A program made the translations under genes and the position numbers. Shown piece by piece: positions 1-9,248 of a stretch of 64,000 nt of DNA (positions are counted from its first letter, which is position 1; every line of letters starts with the position of its first letter). The stretch is from Caldisericota bacterium (GTDB lineage: Bacteria; Caldisericota; Caldisericia; UBA6126; JAGPKI01): positions 76-64,075 of the forward strand of contig JBPOJC010000005.1 in assembly GCA_052034135.1 (NCBI GenBank), in the 5' to 3' direction. Under the pieces are notes generated by a model, which saw only the letters and a program-made list of their open reading frames with translations, made no database searches and was not told the DNA's origin.

Positions 1-1
1 T

Positions 2-1030
2 ATTGATTCAATTGAAGGGTATGTTGGCAACTATAAAACAACCCTTAGCACAGGTGAAGCAATAGAACATGGTGTCGTTATTGTATCAACTGGTGCAATT
101 GAAAGCGAAATAAAATCTTTTATGTATGGAAAATCTGAAAGAATTATAACTCAAAGAGAATTCGAAGAAAAACTTTACAGAAATGAATTCACTGAACCTA
201 TGAATGTAGTAATGGTTCAGTGTGTGGAATCTCGAAACAAAGAACATCCATACTGTTCAAGAATATGCTGCCAGGAAGCTATTAAAAATGCTATAAAAAT
301 TAAGGAGAATTCTCCTCAAAGTGAGGTTTATATACTTTATAGAGACATAAGAACTTACGGTTTGAATGAACTTTATTACAAAAAAGCCCGTGAATTAGGC
401 ATTTTATTTATTAATTATGATGAAGATTGTTTACCAGAAGTTACTTTAGAAGGAGAAAATGTTTTTGTTTGTGTTAGAGATGTTCTTCTAAGAAGAGATT
501 TAGTGTTGAATCCTGATATTTTGGTCTTAAGTGCTGGAATTACTGCAGAACCAGGGAATGAAAGTTTATCAAAGTTTCTTAAAGTTCCACTAAATGAGGA
601 TAAATTCTTCTTAGAAGCTCATGTTAAACTTAGACCTGTTGAATTTGCAACTGATGGAGTATTCCTTTGCGGGCTTGCACATTCCCCTCTTACAATAGAA
701 GAAGCAATCGTTCAGGCAAGAGCTGCTGCTGGCAAAGCTTCAATAATTCTTTCAAAAGAAGGAATTGAAGCAGGAGGGAAAGTTGCAGAAGTGAACGAGA
801 GAAATTGTGTAGGGTGCGGAGTATGTGAGTCTGTATGTGCTTATGGGGCAGTTAAATTAGAAGAGAAAAAGATTTTTGGTGAAGTGAAAAGAGTATCATC
901 CGTGAACCCTTCGCTTTGTAAAGGTTGTGGAGCATGTGCAGGTGGATGTAGGTCTAATGCTATTGATATATCTGGATTCTCAAGTGAAGAGATAGTAGAT
1001 GCAATTGATGCTATTCTTGAACCAATCTAA
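2..1030 (+). CDS. hdrA: Heterodisulfide reductase subunit A-like FAD/Fe-S oxidoreductase, C-terminal part (5' end cut off by the window edge)
   Basis: The reading frame is open from nt 2 with no stop before the annotated ATG at 122. 'HGVVIVSTGA' marks the FAD-fold. Two C-terminal ferredoxin-type motifs are present, CVGCGVCESVC and CKGCGACAGGC. The next gene is mvhD. Confidence 0.7.
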   Translation: MDSIEGYVGNYKTTLSTGEAIEHGVVIVSTGAIESEIKSFMYGKSERIITQREFEEKLYRNEFTEPMNVVMVQCVESRNKEHPYCSRICCQEAIKNAIKIKENSPQSEVYILYRDIRTYGLNELYYKKARELGILFINYDEDCLPEVTLEGENVFVCVRDVLLRRDLVLNPDILVLSAGITAEPGNESLSKFLKVPLNEDKFFLEAHVKLRPVEFATDGVFLCGLAHSPLTIEEAIVQARAAAGKASIILSKEGIEAGGKVAEVNERNCVGCGVCESVCAYGAVKLEEKKIFGEVKRVSSVNPSLCKGCGACAGGCRSNAIDISGFSSEEIVDAIDAILEPI

Positions 1031-1052
1031 GTGTGATGGATGGTGATGATTT

Positions 1053-1502
1053 ATGAATGAGTTTGAACCAAAGATTGTTAGTTTTTTATGTAACTGGTGC
1101 TCTTATGCAGGAGCGGACCTTGCAGGAGTTTCAAGGTTTCAATATCCGTCAACTATAAGAATTATAAGAATCCCTTGCTCTGGAAGAGTTAATCATCTTT
1201 TTATTATGAGAGCTCTTTATGACGGAGCAGATGGAGTTTTAATTTCTGGTTGTCACCCTGGAGATTGTCACTATCAGACGGGGAACTATTATGCTCGCAG
1301 AAGATTAGAAATATTTAAGAATTTGCTCTTCCTAACTGGAATACCCCAAAATCGATTAAAGCTTGCATGGGTTTCTGCAAGTGAAGGAGCTCAATTTTCT
1401 AAGCTTGTTACTGAAATTACTGATAATGTTAAAGAATTAGGGAAAAATAGGGAATTTAGAGCATTTAGAGAAGATATTGAGGAGTTCTGTAATGAACAAT
1501 GA
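1053..1502 (+). CDS. mvhD: Methyl-viologen-reducing hydrogenase delta subunit MvhD / FlxD-like protein
   Basis: The conserved cysteines of the MvhD family are present (IRIPCSGRVN, ISGCHPGDCHY). Length is about 150 aa and it sits immediately downstream of the hdrA-like gene. Confidence 0.75.
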   Translation: MNEFEPKIVSFLCNWCSYAGADLAGVSRFQYPSTIRIIRIPCSGRVNHLFIMRALYDGADGVLISGCHPGDCHYQTGNYYARRRLEIFKNLLFLTGIPQNRLKLAWVSASEGAQFSKLVTEITDNVKELGKNREFRAFREDIEEFCNEQ

Positions 1503-2358
1503 TGAATTAATTACTGGAGAGATCAGAGAATTTGGTAGAAAAGCCTTTATTGAGGAAAATGTAGAAATTATTATTGGTTATGAAGCTTTGAGCGACAATA
1601 CTGTAAAGCCAGCAGTAATTTATGGTGAAAATGAAATTGATAAACTTACCTGGAATCAAACTGCATCGTTTAATCTTGCAACTCTTTTAAGGAAATTTAA
1701 AGGTAAAAAAACTGGAATAATTGCTAATGGTTGCATTGGAAGGTCATTAGTGGTCTTAATCAATGAAGGGCAAATAGAAAGAGAAAATTTAGTTATTATA
1801 GGTGTTCCCTGTCAGGGAATCCTTGACAAAAATAATGGAGAACTTTATGAAAATTGTATGAGCTGCAATCATCCTTCTCCTCCTGTTTTTGATTATATTG
1901 TACAAGTTGAGCCATTAAAAGCACAGGGGGATACATTGGGAGAAAGAATAAAAAAAATCGAAGCAATGAGTGAGAGCGAAAAACTCTCATATTTTAAAGA
2001 GCAGATGAATAAGTGTATTAGATGTTATGCTTGCAGGCAGGCATGCCCCATGTGTTATTGCGAGACCTGTTTTGTCGATATTAACTCTCCAAAATGGTTA
2101 TCTAAAGAAACAACGAACGAGGATAATACAATATGGAATATTACTCGAATTTATCATCTTGCTGGAAGATGTGTTGAATGTGGTGCATGCAGCATAGCTT
2201 GCCCGGAAGGGTTAGATCTTATGTACTTAATAGGGAAAATGAATAGAGATACAAAGAGATTATTTGGTTTTGAAGCAGGACTTAAAATTGGATTAAAGGG
2301 AAGTCTTGAGACATTTAACCCGAATGATCCTGATTTCTTCTGGAAAGGAGAATCATAA
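1477..2358 (+). CDS. 4Fe-4S dicluster electron-transfer protein (FlxC / F420-hydrogenase beta-like, Hdr-associated)
   Basis: Two ferredoxin motifs are present, CIRCYACRQACPMCYC and CVECGACSIACPEG. The gene is coupled in an operon with the hdrA-like and mvhD genes. Confidence 0.5.
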   Translation: MRSSVMNNDELITGEIREFGRKAFIEENVEIIIGYEALSDNTVKPAVIYGENEIDKLTWNQTASFNLATLLRKFKGKKTGIIANGCIGRSLVVLINEGQIERENLVIIGVPCQGILDKNNGELYENCMSCNHPSPPVFDYIVQVEPLKAQGDTLGERIKKIEAMSESEKLSYFKEQMNKCIRCYACRQACPMCYCETCFVDINSPKWLSKETTNEDNTIWNITRIYHLAGRCVECGACSIACPEGLDLMYLIGKMNRDTKRLFGFEAGLKIGLKGSLETFNPNDPDFFWKGES

Positions 2359-2364
2359 AAATAT

Positions 2365-3381
2365 ATGAAGCTCTTAAAGATAAAAAAAGATAGTTTTATT
2401 GAGGCTTTAAGAAATTTACAAAGTGAGTTTAAAATATATGTTCCAAAAAAAGAGGATGAAAATGTAGTTTTTGGTGAGATTGGCGATATCAAAGATATTG
2501 ATTTCAGGTTTGAGAGAGTCTCTCGTCCCATAAAGGAATTTGTCTTACCTCAAAATGAAACTTTATTCTACTTTTTAAAGGATGGGTCAAAAGAGAAAGA
2601 ATCTTTTGATACATCAAAAAGAATTCTTTTGGGTGTAAAGCCATGTGATGCAAAAACTTTGAAGTTATTGGATTTTAATTTTTTAGATTGCTCTTATATT
2701 GATCCATATTATGAAAAAAGGAGAAAAAATACTTTTGTTATATCCATAGCTTGCAGTGAATTTGGAGAAAATTGCTTTTGTGACGCATTAGGGGATAATC
2801 CTTATAAGCTTAATGGAGCTGATGCTATTATTTATACTATTTCTAATGAGGAGCTGAATTTATTGATAGATAACGATGTGATTTTCTCTTTCTTTAAAGA
2901 TTATTGTAACAGAATGGAAGAAGTGAATAACGAAGAAGAAGTTAGTGAAAAAGGTAAAGTAGCAGAAAGAGCCACTAAAGCTCTACCTGTAAAAGAACTT
3001 AAAGAAAAACTTCCAAGTGTAATAGGGAGTACTGATTTGTGGAAGAAAATATCAGCTACCTGCATAGAGTGTGGGGTTTGCACTTATCTATGCCCTGCAT
3101 GCTATTGTTTTGATATAAATGATATTACTTTTGGTAAAGGTGGTAAAAGATTCAGAAGCTACGATAGTTGCATGTTTAAAGAGTACACTTTGGAAGCAAG
3201 TGGGCATAACCCAAGACCAACAGGTGCTGAAAGATGGAGGCAGAGATTATTACACAAATTTCTTTACTATCCAGATCTTTACAATGAATTAGGATGTAGC
3301 GGATGCGGACGATGCATAGATAAATGTCCTTCAAAAATAGATATAAGGGAGGTTATTAATTATGCCTTCAATTATAAATGA
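2365..3381 (+). CDS. AsrA / HydB / FlxB-like Fe-S subunit (anaerobic sulfite reductase A / sulfhydrogenase beta family)
   Basis: Cysteine clusters CIECGVCTYLCPACYC and CSGCGRCIDKCP are present. At 338 aa the size matches, and the partner AsrB-like gene is immediately downstream. Confidence 0.55.
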   Translation: MKLLKIKKDSFIEALRNLQSEFKIYVPKKEDENVVFGEIGDIKDIDFRFERVSRPIKEFVLPQNETLFYFLKDGSKEKESFDTSKRILLGVKPCDAKTLKLLDFNFLDCSYIDPYYEKRRKNTFVISIACSEFGENCFCDALGDNPYKLNGADAIIYTISNEELNLLIDNDVIFSFFKDYCNRMEEVNNEEEVSEKGKVAERATKALPVKELKEKLPSVIGSTDLWKKISATCIECGVCTYLCPACYCFDINDITFGKGGKRFRSYDSCMFKEYTLEASGHNPRPTGAERWRQRLLHKFLYYPDLYNELGCSGCGRCIDKCPSKIDIREVINYAFNYK

Positions 3382-4210
3382 TAATCCTTACTTACCGGTT
3401 CCAGCAAAAGTCGAATCTACCTATTTTGAGAGCGATGATAGAACTCTCAAGACATTGACTTTTTCTTTTCTTGATACATCTTTGAGAGAAAAGTTTAACT
3501 TTCTCCCAGGCCAATTTATTGAACTTTCTATACTCGGCAAAGGAGAAAGTCCATTTGGAATTGCATCAAATCCAAATGAGGAGCTGATAAAAATAACAGT
3601 AAATCGAACTGGCTACGTGACAAAAGCTATTCACAATCTTTCTAAAGGGGATATAGTTGGAATTAGGGGACCGCTTGGAAATTGGTTCCCTATTTCTAAA
3701 TTTGTTGGATCAAACTTGGCTATAATATCTGGTGGTTTTGCATTTACTACGCTTGCATCTTTAACAGATTATCTCCTCGAAAATTATTCAGACAAATTAG
3801 GTAAAATTTATCTAATATATGGAGCAAGGAATCCTGGTATGCTTCTTTACAGGGATAAACTTAAAGAGTGGAGCAATAATCCGAGACTCGAAACATATAT
3901 AACTATTGATAATAAAGTTAATGGTTGGGATGGACTTACTGGATTTGTTCCAGATATTGTTGAAAAGACTGATATTGATATTCAGAATACTTACACTGTG
4001 ATATGTGGTCCGCCAATTATGATTAAGTTAACTATTCCTAAACTTCTTAATAAAGGCATAAGAAAAGACTATATTTATACTTCTTTAGAGCGCAGGATGA
4101 AGTGTGGAATAGGAAAATGCGGGAGATGCAATATAGGAAAAAATTTTGTCTGTAAAGATGGACCAGTTTTTAACTATGCAGACTTAGAAGGCTTACCTGA
4201 GGAGTATTAA
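3362..4210 (+). CDS. AsrB / HydG / FlxA-like FAD-NAD(P)-binding oxidoreductase with a C-terminal 2Fe-2S
   Basis: The FNR-like fold is indicated by 'PGQFIELS...GESPFGI'. The C-terminal motif 'CGIGKCGRCNIG...C' is typical of the 2Fe-2S cluster in sulfhydrogenase gamma and DHOD electron-transfer subunits. Confidence 0.6.
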   Translation: MPSIINDNPYLPVPAKVESTYFESDDRTLKTLTFSFLDTSLREKFNFLPGQFIELSILGKGESPFGIASNPNEELIKITVNRTGYVTKAIHNLSKGDIVGIRGPLGNWFPISKFVGSNLAIISGGFAFTTLASLTDYLLENYSDKLGKIYLIYGARNPGMLLYRDKLKEWSNNPRLETYITIDNKVNGWDGLTGFVPDIVEKTDIDIQNTYTVICGPPIMIKLTIPKLLNKGIRKDYIYTSLERRMKCGIGKCGRCNIGKNFVCKDGPVFNYADLEGLPEEY

Positions 4211-4222
4211 AGGAGTTAAAAA

Positions 4223-4951
4223 ATGTTAAAGATTGAAAATTTATCAGTGAGTGTAGAAGATAAACTAATTCTTAAAAATGTTAACTTGGAAATTGGTGAG
4301 GGTGAAACTCATATTCTATTAGGTCCTAACGGTGGGGGGAAAACAACTTTACTTCTTACAATTATGGGACTTCCTAAATATAAGGTTTTAAACGGAAGAA
4401 TAATTTTTAGAGGTACTGATATAACAAATATGTCAATTGATAATCGGTCTAAATTAGGAATTGGATTAATGTTTCAGAAACCTCCGAGAGTAACAGGAGT
4501 TAAACTTTTACAAATTTGCGAATTGGCAAGCAATAAAAAATTAAAACCTCTTGAAATAGAAAAATTCTCAGAAAAACTTAATCTTAGAGAACATCTAAAT
4601 AGAGATATAAATGATGGTTTTTCAGGTGGGGAAATGAAACGATCTGAGCTTTTGCAGATATTATGTCAGAATCCAAGTCTTGTACTTCTTGATGAACCAG
4701 AATCTGGTGTTGACCTTGATAATCTTTCTATTGTTGGCGAATTAATAAATGAGCTTCTTGAAAAGGATAAAGTAAAAGGGAGAATACGCTCTGGGCTTAT
4801 TGTAACACATCTGGGGTATATACTTAACTTTGTCAATTCAGATAAGGGACACGTACTAATGGATGGTGAAATTATCTGTAGTGGAAATCCAAGAGACCTA
4901 TTTGAAGAAATTAAAAAGCATGGGTTTGAAAGGTGTAAAGAATGCAACTAA
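4223..4951 (+). CDS. sufC: Fe-S cluster assembly ATPase SufC
   Basis: Walker A 'GPNGGGKTT' and the ABC signature 'FSGGEMKR' are present. The N-terminus has the SufC-like 'MLKIENLSVSVEDKLILKNV'. The gene is followed by a SufB/D-family gene. Confidence 0.8.
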   Translation: MLKIENLSVSVEDKLILKNVNLEIGEGETHILLGPNGGGKTTLLLTIMGLPKYKVLNGRIIFRGTDITNMSIDNRSKLGIGLMFQKPPRVTGVKLLQICELASNKKLKPLEIEKFSEKLNLREHLNRDINDGFSGGEMKRSELLQILCQNPSLVLLDEPESGVDLDNLSIVGELINELLEKDKVKGRIRSGLIVTHLGYILNFVNSDKGHVLMDGEIICSGNPRDLFEEIKKHGFERCKECN

Positions 4952-6189
4952 AAGAGATTATGGAAGAATTTAAAGAAAAGGCAAAAAGAGCAGAAAATAA
5001 AGCTGCCCTATATGGAGAAGATATAGATTTAAAAAAATATTCATTACCCCCAGAAGAAGAAAATATTTCTTCTCTATCCTCTCTTCCCGATGATCTACAG
5101 GAAATTGCAAAATCATCAGGAATAGATATTGGGGAAAAAGAAAGATCCGGAAGTTACATCCAGCTTGATCAATCTGCAATTTATAGCAGAGTTAATGAAA
5201 TTTACAAAGGACAACTCGAAATAACAAGTATAAATGATGCGCTTTTAAAGTATCCTGAGATTGCTAATGAATATCTATGGAAAACTATTCCCGTTGATCA
5301 GGATAAATATACAGCATTTTCTGAGCTTTATTCAAAGAACGGTTACTTTATAAGGGTATTTAAAGGGCAACATGTTGAAATACCTATTCAGGCGTGTCTT
5401 TTACTTAAAGAAAATTCTTCTGTTCAGAATGTTCACAATATAATAATAATGGAAGAGGGATCAAGTGCACAGATAATTACTGGATGTGCTGTTCACCCAA
5501 AAGTTGATGATGGTATTCACATAGGCATATCTGAATTTTTTATTAAAGATGGAGCAATGCTTACTTTTACAATGATACATAATTGGAGTGAAAATTTTCA
5601 TGTAAGACCAAGATCAGGAGCAATTATAGAAGATAATGGCAAGTTTATAAATAATTATGTACTATTAAAACCCGTTAAAAGCGTCCAAATGTTCCCAGTT
5701 GCCACACTTAAGGGTAATGATTCTCATGCAAAGTTTAATTCATTGATGTATGGACTTAAAAATTCAAAGATTGATGTTGGATCAAAGATAGTTCTTTCTG
5801 GAAACAATTCTTCTGGGGAAGCTATTTCAAGAGCAATAGCTAAGGATTCATCTATTATTAACGCAAGAGGAACTCTCGTTTCAGTTAATAATAGTACACG
5901 AGCTCATCTTGACTGCAGGGGAATACTTCTTTCGGAGAATGCAAAAATTTATGCAGTGCCAGAGCTTTTAGCAGATGGTACACCAAAAGCTGATCTTTCA
6001 CATGAAGCAGCAATAGGACCAATTTCAGATGAAGTGGTTGAATACCTTATGAGCAGAGGTATATCTAAAGATGATGCAGTATCACTTATAACCTCTGGTT
6101 TTATGGATGTAAAAATATTAGGCTTACCAGAACAACTTGAGAATTATATAAATGAACTGGTTAAACTAACAGCAAAAGAGTCTTTATAA
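4942..6189 (+). CDS. sufB: SufB/SufD-family Fe-S cluster assembly protein
   Basis: The C-terminal beta-helix region shows SufB/D-like conservation ('LDCRGILLSENAKIYAVPELLADGTPKADLSHEAAIGPISDE'). The gene overlaps the sufC stop. Confidence 0.7.
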   Translation: MQLKEIMEEFKEKAKRAENKAALYGEDIDLKKYSLPPEEENISSLSSLPDDLQEIAKSSGIDIGEKERSGSYIQLDQSAIYSRVNEIYKGQLEITSINDALLKYPEIANEYLWKTIPVDQDKYTAFSELYSKNGYFIRVFKGQHVEIPIQACLLLKENSSVQNVHNIIIMEEGSSAQIITGCAVHPKVDDGIHIGISEFFIKDGAMLTFTMIHNWSENFHVRPRSGAIIEDNGKFINNYVLLKPVKSVQMFPVATLKGNDSHAKFNSLMYGLKNSKIDVGSKIVLSGNNSSGEAISRAIAKDSSIINARGTLVSVNNSTRAHLDCRGILLSENAKIYAVPELLADGTPKADLSHEAAIGPISDEVVEYLMSRGISKDDAVSLITSGFMDVKILGLPEQLENYINELVKLTAKESL

Positions 6190-6888
6190 AAGAGAATTTT
6201 ATTATATTGGTTTACTAATAGTTAGTCTTTTTCGTTAATCAAGAAATGTTACTCTATCAACTTATTATCTAAATGAAGAAGTATTCTTCCATAATAATTT
6301 CAGATTATACAAGCTAAAAAGTAGCGAGAATTAAATTTAGAGTTCATAGTGCCAGCTATAACCTTATTATACAATTTCTGAAATATTACTTATTTGAATT
6401 GATGATGGAATCAATAAGGATATTAATCCTTTCAACGTCAAGATATTTATGAAAATACTTTAATTTTTAAAATGCTTCAGTAAGCGATAGAGGCTCTTTC
6501 TAAAGATAATGTAATGTGTTTGGTAATTATATTAAGAAATTTGGTACAAGCATAAAGCTAAAAAAGCTGAAAAGTGTGACCTTTTTCTAACGCCATCAGG
6601 AATTGTCACTTATATTGATTACTAATTAAGCAGAAAAACATTTAATGTAGCGCAGACACATTCCTGTCTGTTCCTTTTAATGCAACTGGCTTAATGCTAT
6701 TAAACGCAAATAAGGAGATCCTTCAGTCGCTGAGATGATGCTTCTTCAGGAAGACGGTGAGTTGTTAGAGATCATTCGGTCGTTGTGAAGACACTTCCTC
6801 TATTTTTTTCTTTCTGAGCGTAAGCGAAGAATCTCCTCATTTAATCTTTTCGTTATTCTTGTAGCGGTGGACATACCTTTATGCCACT

Positions 6889-6972
6889 GTCATCCCCGAA
6901 ATCTTTTATCGGGGATCCAGTAGAGAAGCCGTCATCCCCGAATGTATTTATCGTGGATCCAGACCAATTTTT
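6889..6972. repeat. Two adjacent copies of a hairpin element, GTCATCCCCGAA-loop-TCGGGGATCCAG(ACCAATTTTT)
   Basis: Copies lie at 6889-6920 and 6931-6972, with a third at 7399-7441. The stem ATCCCCGA/TCGGGGAT is a perfect inverted repeat around a loop of about 10 nt. An inverted copy sits at 63906-63938. Confidence 0.85.
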
Positions 6973-7104
6973 AACATTTTTTGTATTTAGGAGTGACAAA
7001 ATTGTCATTTTTACCTCACTTATATATATGGAGAGTTTATTTTTACACATTTTGCATGAGGTAGAAATATGGAACCATCCTTGGTATCCTGGATTCCCGC
7101 TTCC

Positions 7105-7200
7105 GCGGGAATGACAAGAAGAAAATGCGGGAATGACAAGAAAATCATAGGAATGACAAGAAGAAAATGCGGGAATGACAAGAAAATCATAGGAATGACA
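7105..7200. repeat. Tandem direct repeat, about 42 bp x 2 ('GCGGGAATGACAAGAAGAAAAT / GCGGGAATGACAAGAAAATCATAG')
   Basis: The unit containing GGAATGACAAG occurs four times in two periods. An 8-bp inverted repeat precedes it at 7093-7112 (ATTCCCGC/GCGGGAAT). Confidence 0.85.
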
Positions 7201-7205
7201 CATTA

Positions 7206-7248
7206 GGAGACCCTTCGTCGCTTTTAGAGATGCTCCTCAGGGTGATGG
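7206..7248. repeat. Copy of the 40-bp GC-rich repeat 'GGAGACCCTTCGTCGCTTT(T/C)AGA(G/T)A(T/C)GCTCCTCAGGGTGA'
   Basis: The same unit lies at 53239-53283 and 53342-53390. Diverged relatives are at 6714-6761, 7508-7555 and 53391-53440. Confidence 0.8.
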
Positions 7249-7280
7249 GGGGGGGCAGCCATCCCTTGCTCCTCCCGTCC

Positions 7281-7319
7281 TTCCGAAGTGCGGTATTTTC
7301 GCACAAGTCCTTAGGAATC
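7281..7319. repeat. 39-bp exact duplicate 'TTCCGAAGTGCGGTATTTTCGCACAAGTCCTTAGGAATC' (second copy at 7569-7607)
   Basis: The two copies match exactly and lie 288 bp apart. Each contains an internal hairpin, GTGCG-GTATTTT-CGCAC. Confidence 0.85.
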
Positions 7320-8370
7320 TCAACACCCCCACACCGTCATTCTGAGCGAAGCGAAGAATCTCCTCTTTGTCTTTTGTCATCCTCGAATTACATACAATTG
7401 TCATCCCCGAACTCATTTATCGGGGATCCAGACCAATTTTTCTTATATTACAAACATTCTTGTCTGTTTATTGTAATTTCCGAATATATCTGTAAGGATA
7501 CAGAGAAGCGGAGACCCTTACGAAGCTAAATACAGATATGCCTCCTCAGGATGACTCCCAACAATACATTCCGAAGTGCGGTATTTTCGCACAAGTCCTT
7601 AGGAATCGTCTTATTTTTTTTCTGTTAATCAGAAGTCGCATCTTTTAGTGGTTGCAACAAGGTATCTATATATCTATTTTCGATATGGAGTAAAAGAAAT
7701 CTTACACACTTAACTAATTCTTTATAGAATTTTAGGATTTTCTGATGAAGATAACAAAAACATTAGAGGAAAGCAAAAGAAGCAAAACCTTTTAATTAAA
7801 TAAAGTAATTATTAAAGGCATTATAATGTCTGTAAAGCATCCTTTATAGACATACATAAATTATTATAATTTTCGAGATAAATTAAGGAGTTATTTTAGA
7901 ATAAGGCTCATAGAAAGCCTCTACTCTTTCACCTTTCCTTGTTAGAAAAGAGAGCATTCTTGTAATAATATAAGCTCTAATCATTGCTTTAATATCAGAT
8001 ATAATAAAATCCTTCTTTCTTATATTTTATTAAGCAAAGAAATAACTCTTAATTGTTATCTTTCTATTTGAGACTCATTACTATTTCTATTTTTTATCTC
8101 ATATGGTTTAATTATTTTATGAGTTTATAAAATTGAATATGTTTTTGATAAATAAATTAAAGCCTGTTGATATTCTTTTGATTAGCAGGAATATTTATGT
8201 TTAGGCAAAGGTTTATTCTTGCATATTTGAAGCTTTTATTGAAATCTTCATTCTTATATATCTTTTGATTGTTTTGAGTAAAAAATTATGAAGTAACTCA
8301 TAGAAATATGGGAGGTTTTTATAAATTATTTTTTATATTGTTAAAATTTTAATATAGGAGGAATAAGTTT

Positions 8371-8604
8371 ATGAAGATAGGAAAAACAATCAAGTTTTTT
8401 GGCATTCTTTATTTTATTAGTGGTATTATATTAGGTATTGCCTTTGGTCTTTTTCTATCAATAAATATAAAATTATCGTATAGCCCTTTATTTTTTGTTG
8501 TTTTCTGTAGTTTCTTAATTGCATCATCATTTCTCAATGCTATTAATGGTATTTTTTTTGGAAATGAAATACAGAAATTCTTAAATTCATTAAAAAATGA
8601 TTGA
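8371..8604 (+). CDS. Small hydrophobic membrane protein (77 aa), hypothetical
   Basis: A strong RBS (AGGAGG) lies 7 nt upstream of the ATG. Two predicted transmembrane segments are present. It is the only ORF in a 1.6-kb AT-rich stretch. Confidence 0.4.
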   Translation: MKIGKTIKFFGILYFISGIILGIAFGLFLSINIKLSYSPLFFVVFCSFLIASSFLNAINGIFFGNEIQKFLNSLKND

Positions 8605-9248
8605 AGCTATCAAATTTGATGATAGTGGTTCCTGATAATCCTACCAACAAAGTTCCAGGAACTCTAATAATTTCTTCAGAAGGCATAAAATTGTAACTGA
8701 AAAACTTCTTTTAACTGGATTCTCCTTTATAATCCTTTACGTATTCCTTACTATGTTACTTTCTGAATATAAATTTGCTATTAAAACTAAACCAATCAAT
8801 ATCACTAATTAATGGCAGTTAGCTATAAATGTTAAAAATTTCAGTAATTTGGCAAAACTGATTTAAATGAAAGAGCTATTGCAAAAGTCAAGCCATAAGC
8901 CAATTAATTCTTTTTAGTAAAACCATCCGTAAATTATGCCTAAATTTATAAATACTTTATATTAATAAGGTTTAATCTTAACGTTGGACTTTAGCCATTC
9001 AGAATTTTATAGTATATAGATAAAAAACAAAATTTGTTTATTCCGACGAATAGGTGTTAATCCTTAAGTTTTTTTCAGAGCAGTAAGTTTTTATGAAAAA
9101 CTTTTTAGAGGGTCAGATTTTGACACTCAAAAGAATATAATTTATAAAATCTTTTAGAAAAAAGGAGGTATTTTAAATCTCTGAGAAAGTAAAGATTTAC
9201 AAATCGATTTATCCTGTAGAAGAGGTATCAGACAAAGAAAGAGAAGAG

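Larger units (their letters stand above)
6700..7610. repeat. Mosaic cluster of GC-rich small interspersed repeat units in an AT-rich intergenic region
   Basis: Several different repeat units sit side by side here and are resolved below. The six-frame ORFs in this interval (6853-7203, 6881-7114, 7230-7529) are repeat-derived and not credible genes. Confidence 0.8.

Noticed and set aside
1796-4947. Small antisense ORFs inside the hdr/flx and sufC genes (64, 125, 60 and 93 aa)
   Set aside because: They are fully embedded in longer, motif-supported genes on the opposite strand. They are low-complexity translations and show no signals.
6853-7529. Three six-frame ORFs (116, 77 and 99 aa) in the repeat region
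   Set aside because: They are built from the repeat units themselves ('CHSYDFLVIPAFSSCHSYDFLVIPAFSS' is simply the tandem repeat translated). They overlap each other on both strands and have no RBS.
6700-7610. Possible degenerate CRISPR array adjacent to the cas operon
   Set aside because: The repeat units are of several different types, vary in length from 30 to 45 bp, and are spaced irregularly. Some are directly adjacent and others are 60-290 bp apart. They recur far from the cas genes, at 39 kb, 53 kb and 63.9 kb. There is no constant repeat with unique spacers of similar size.
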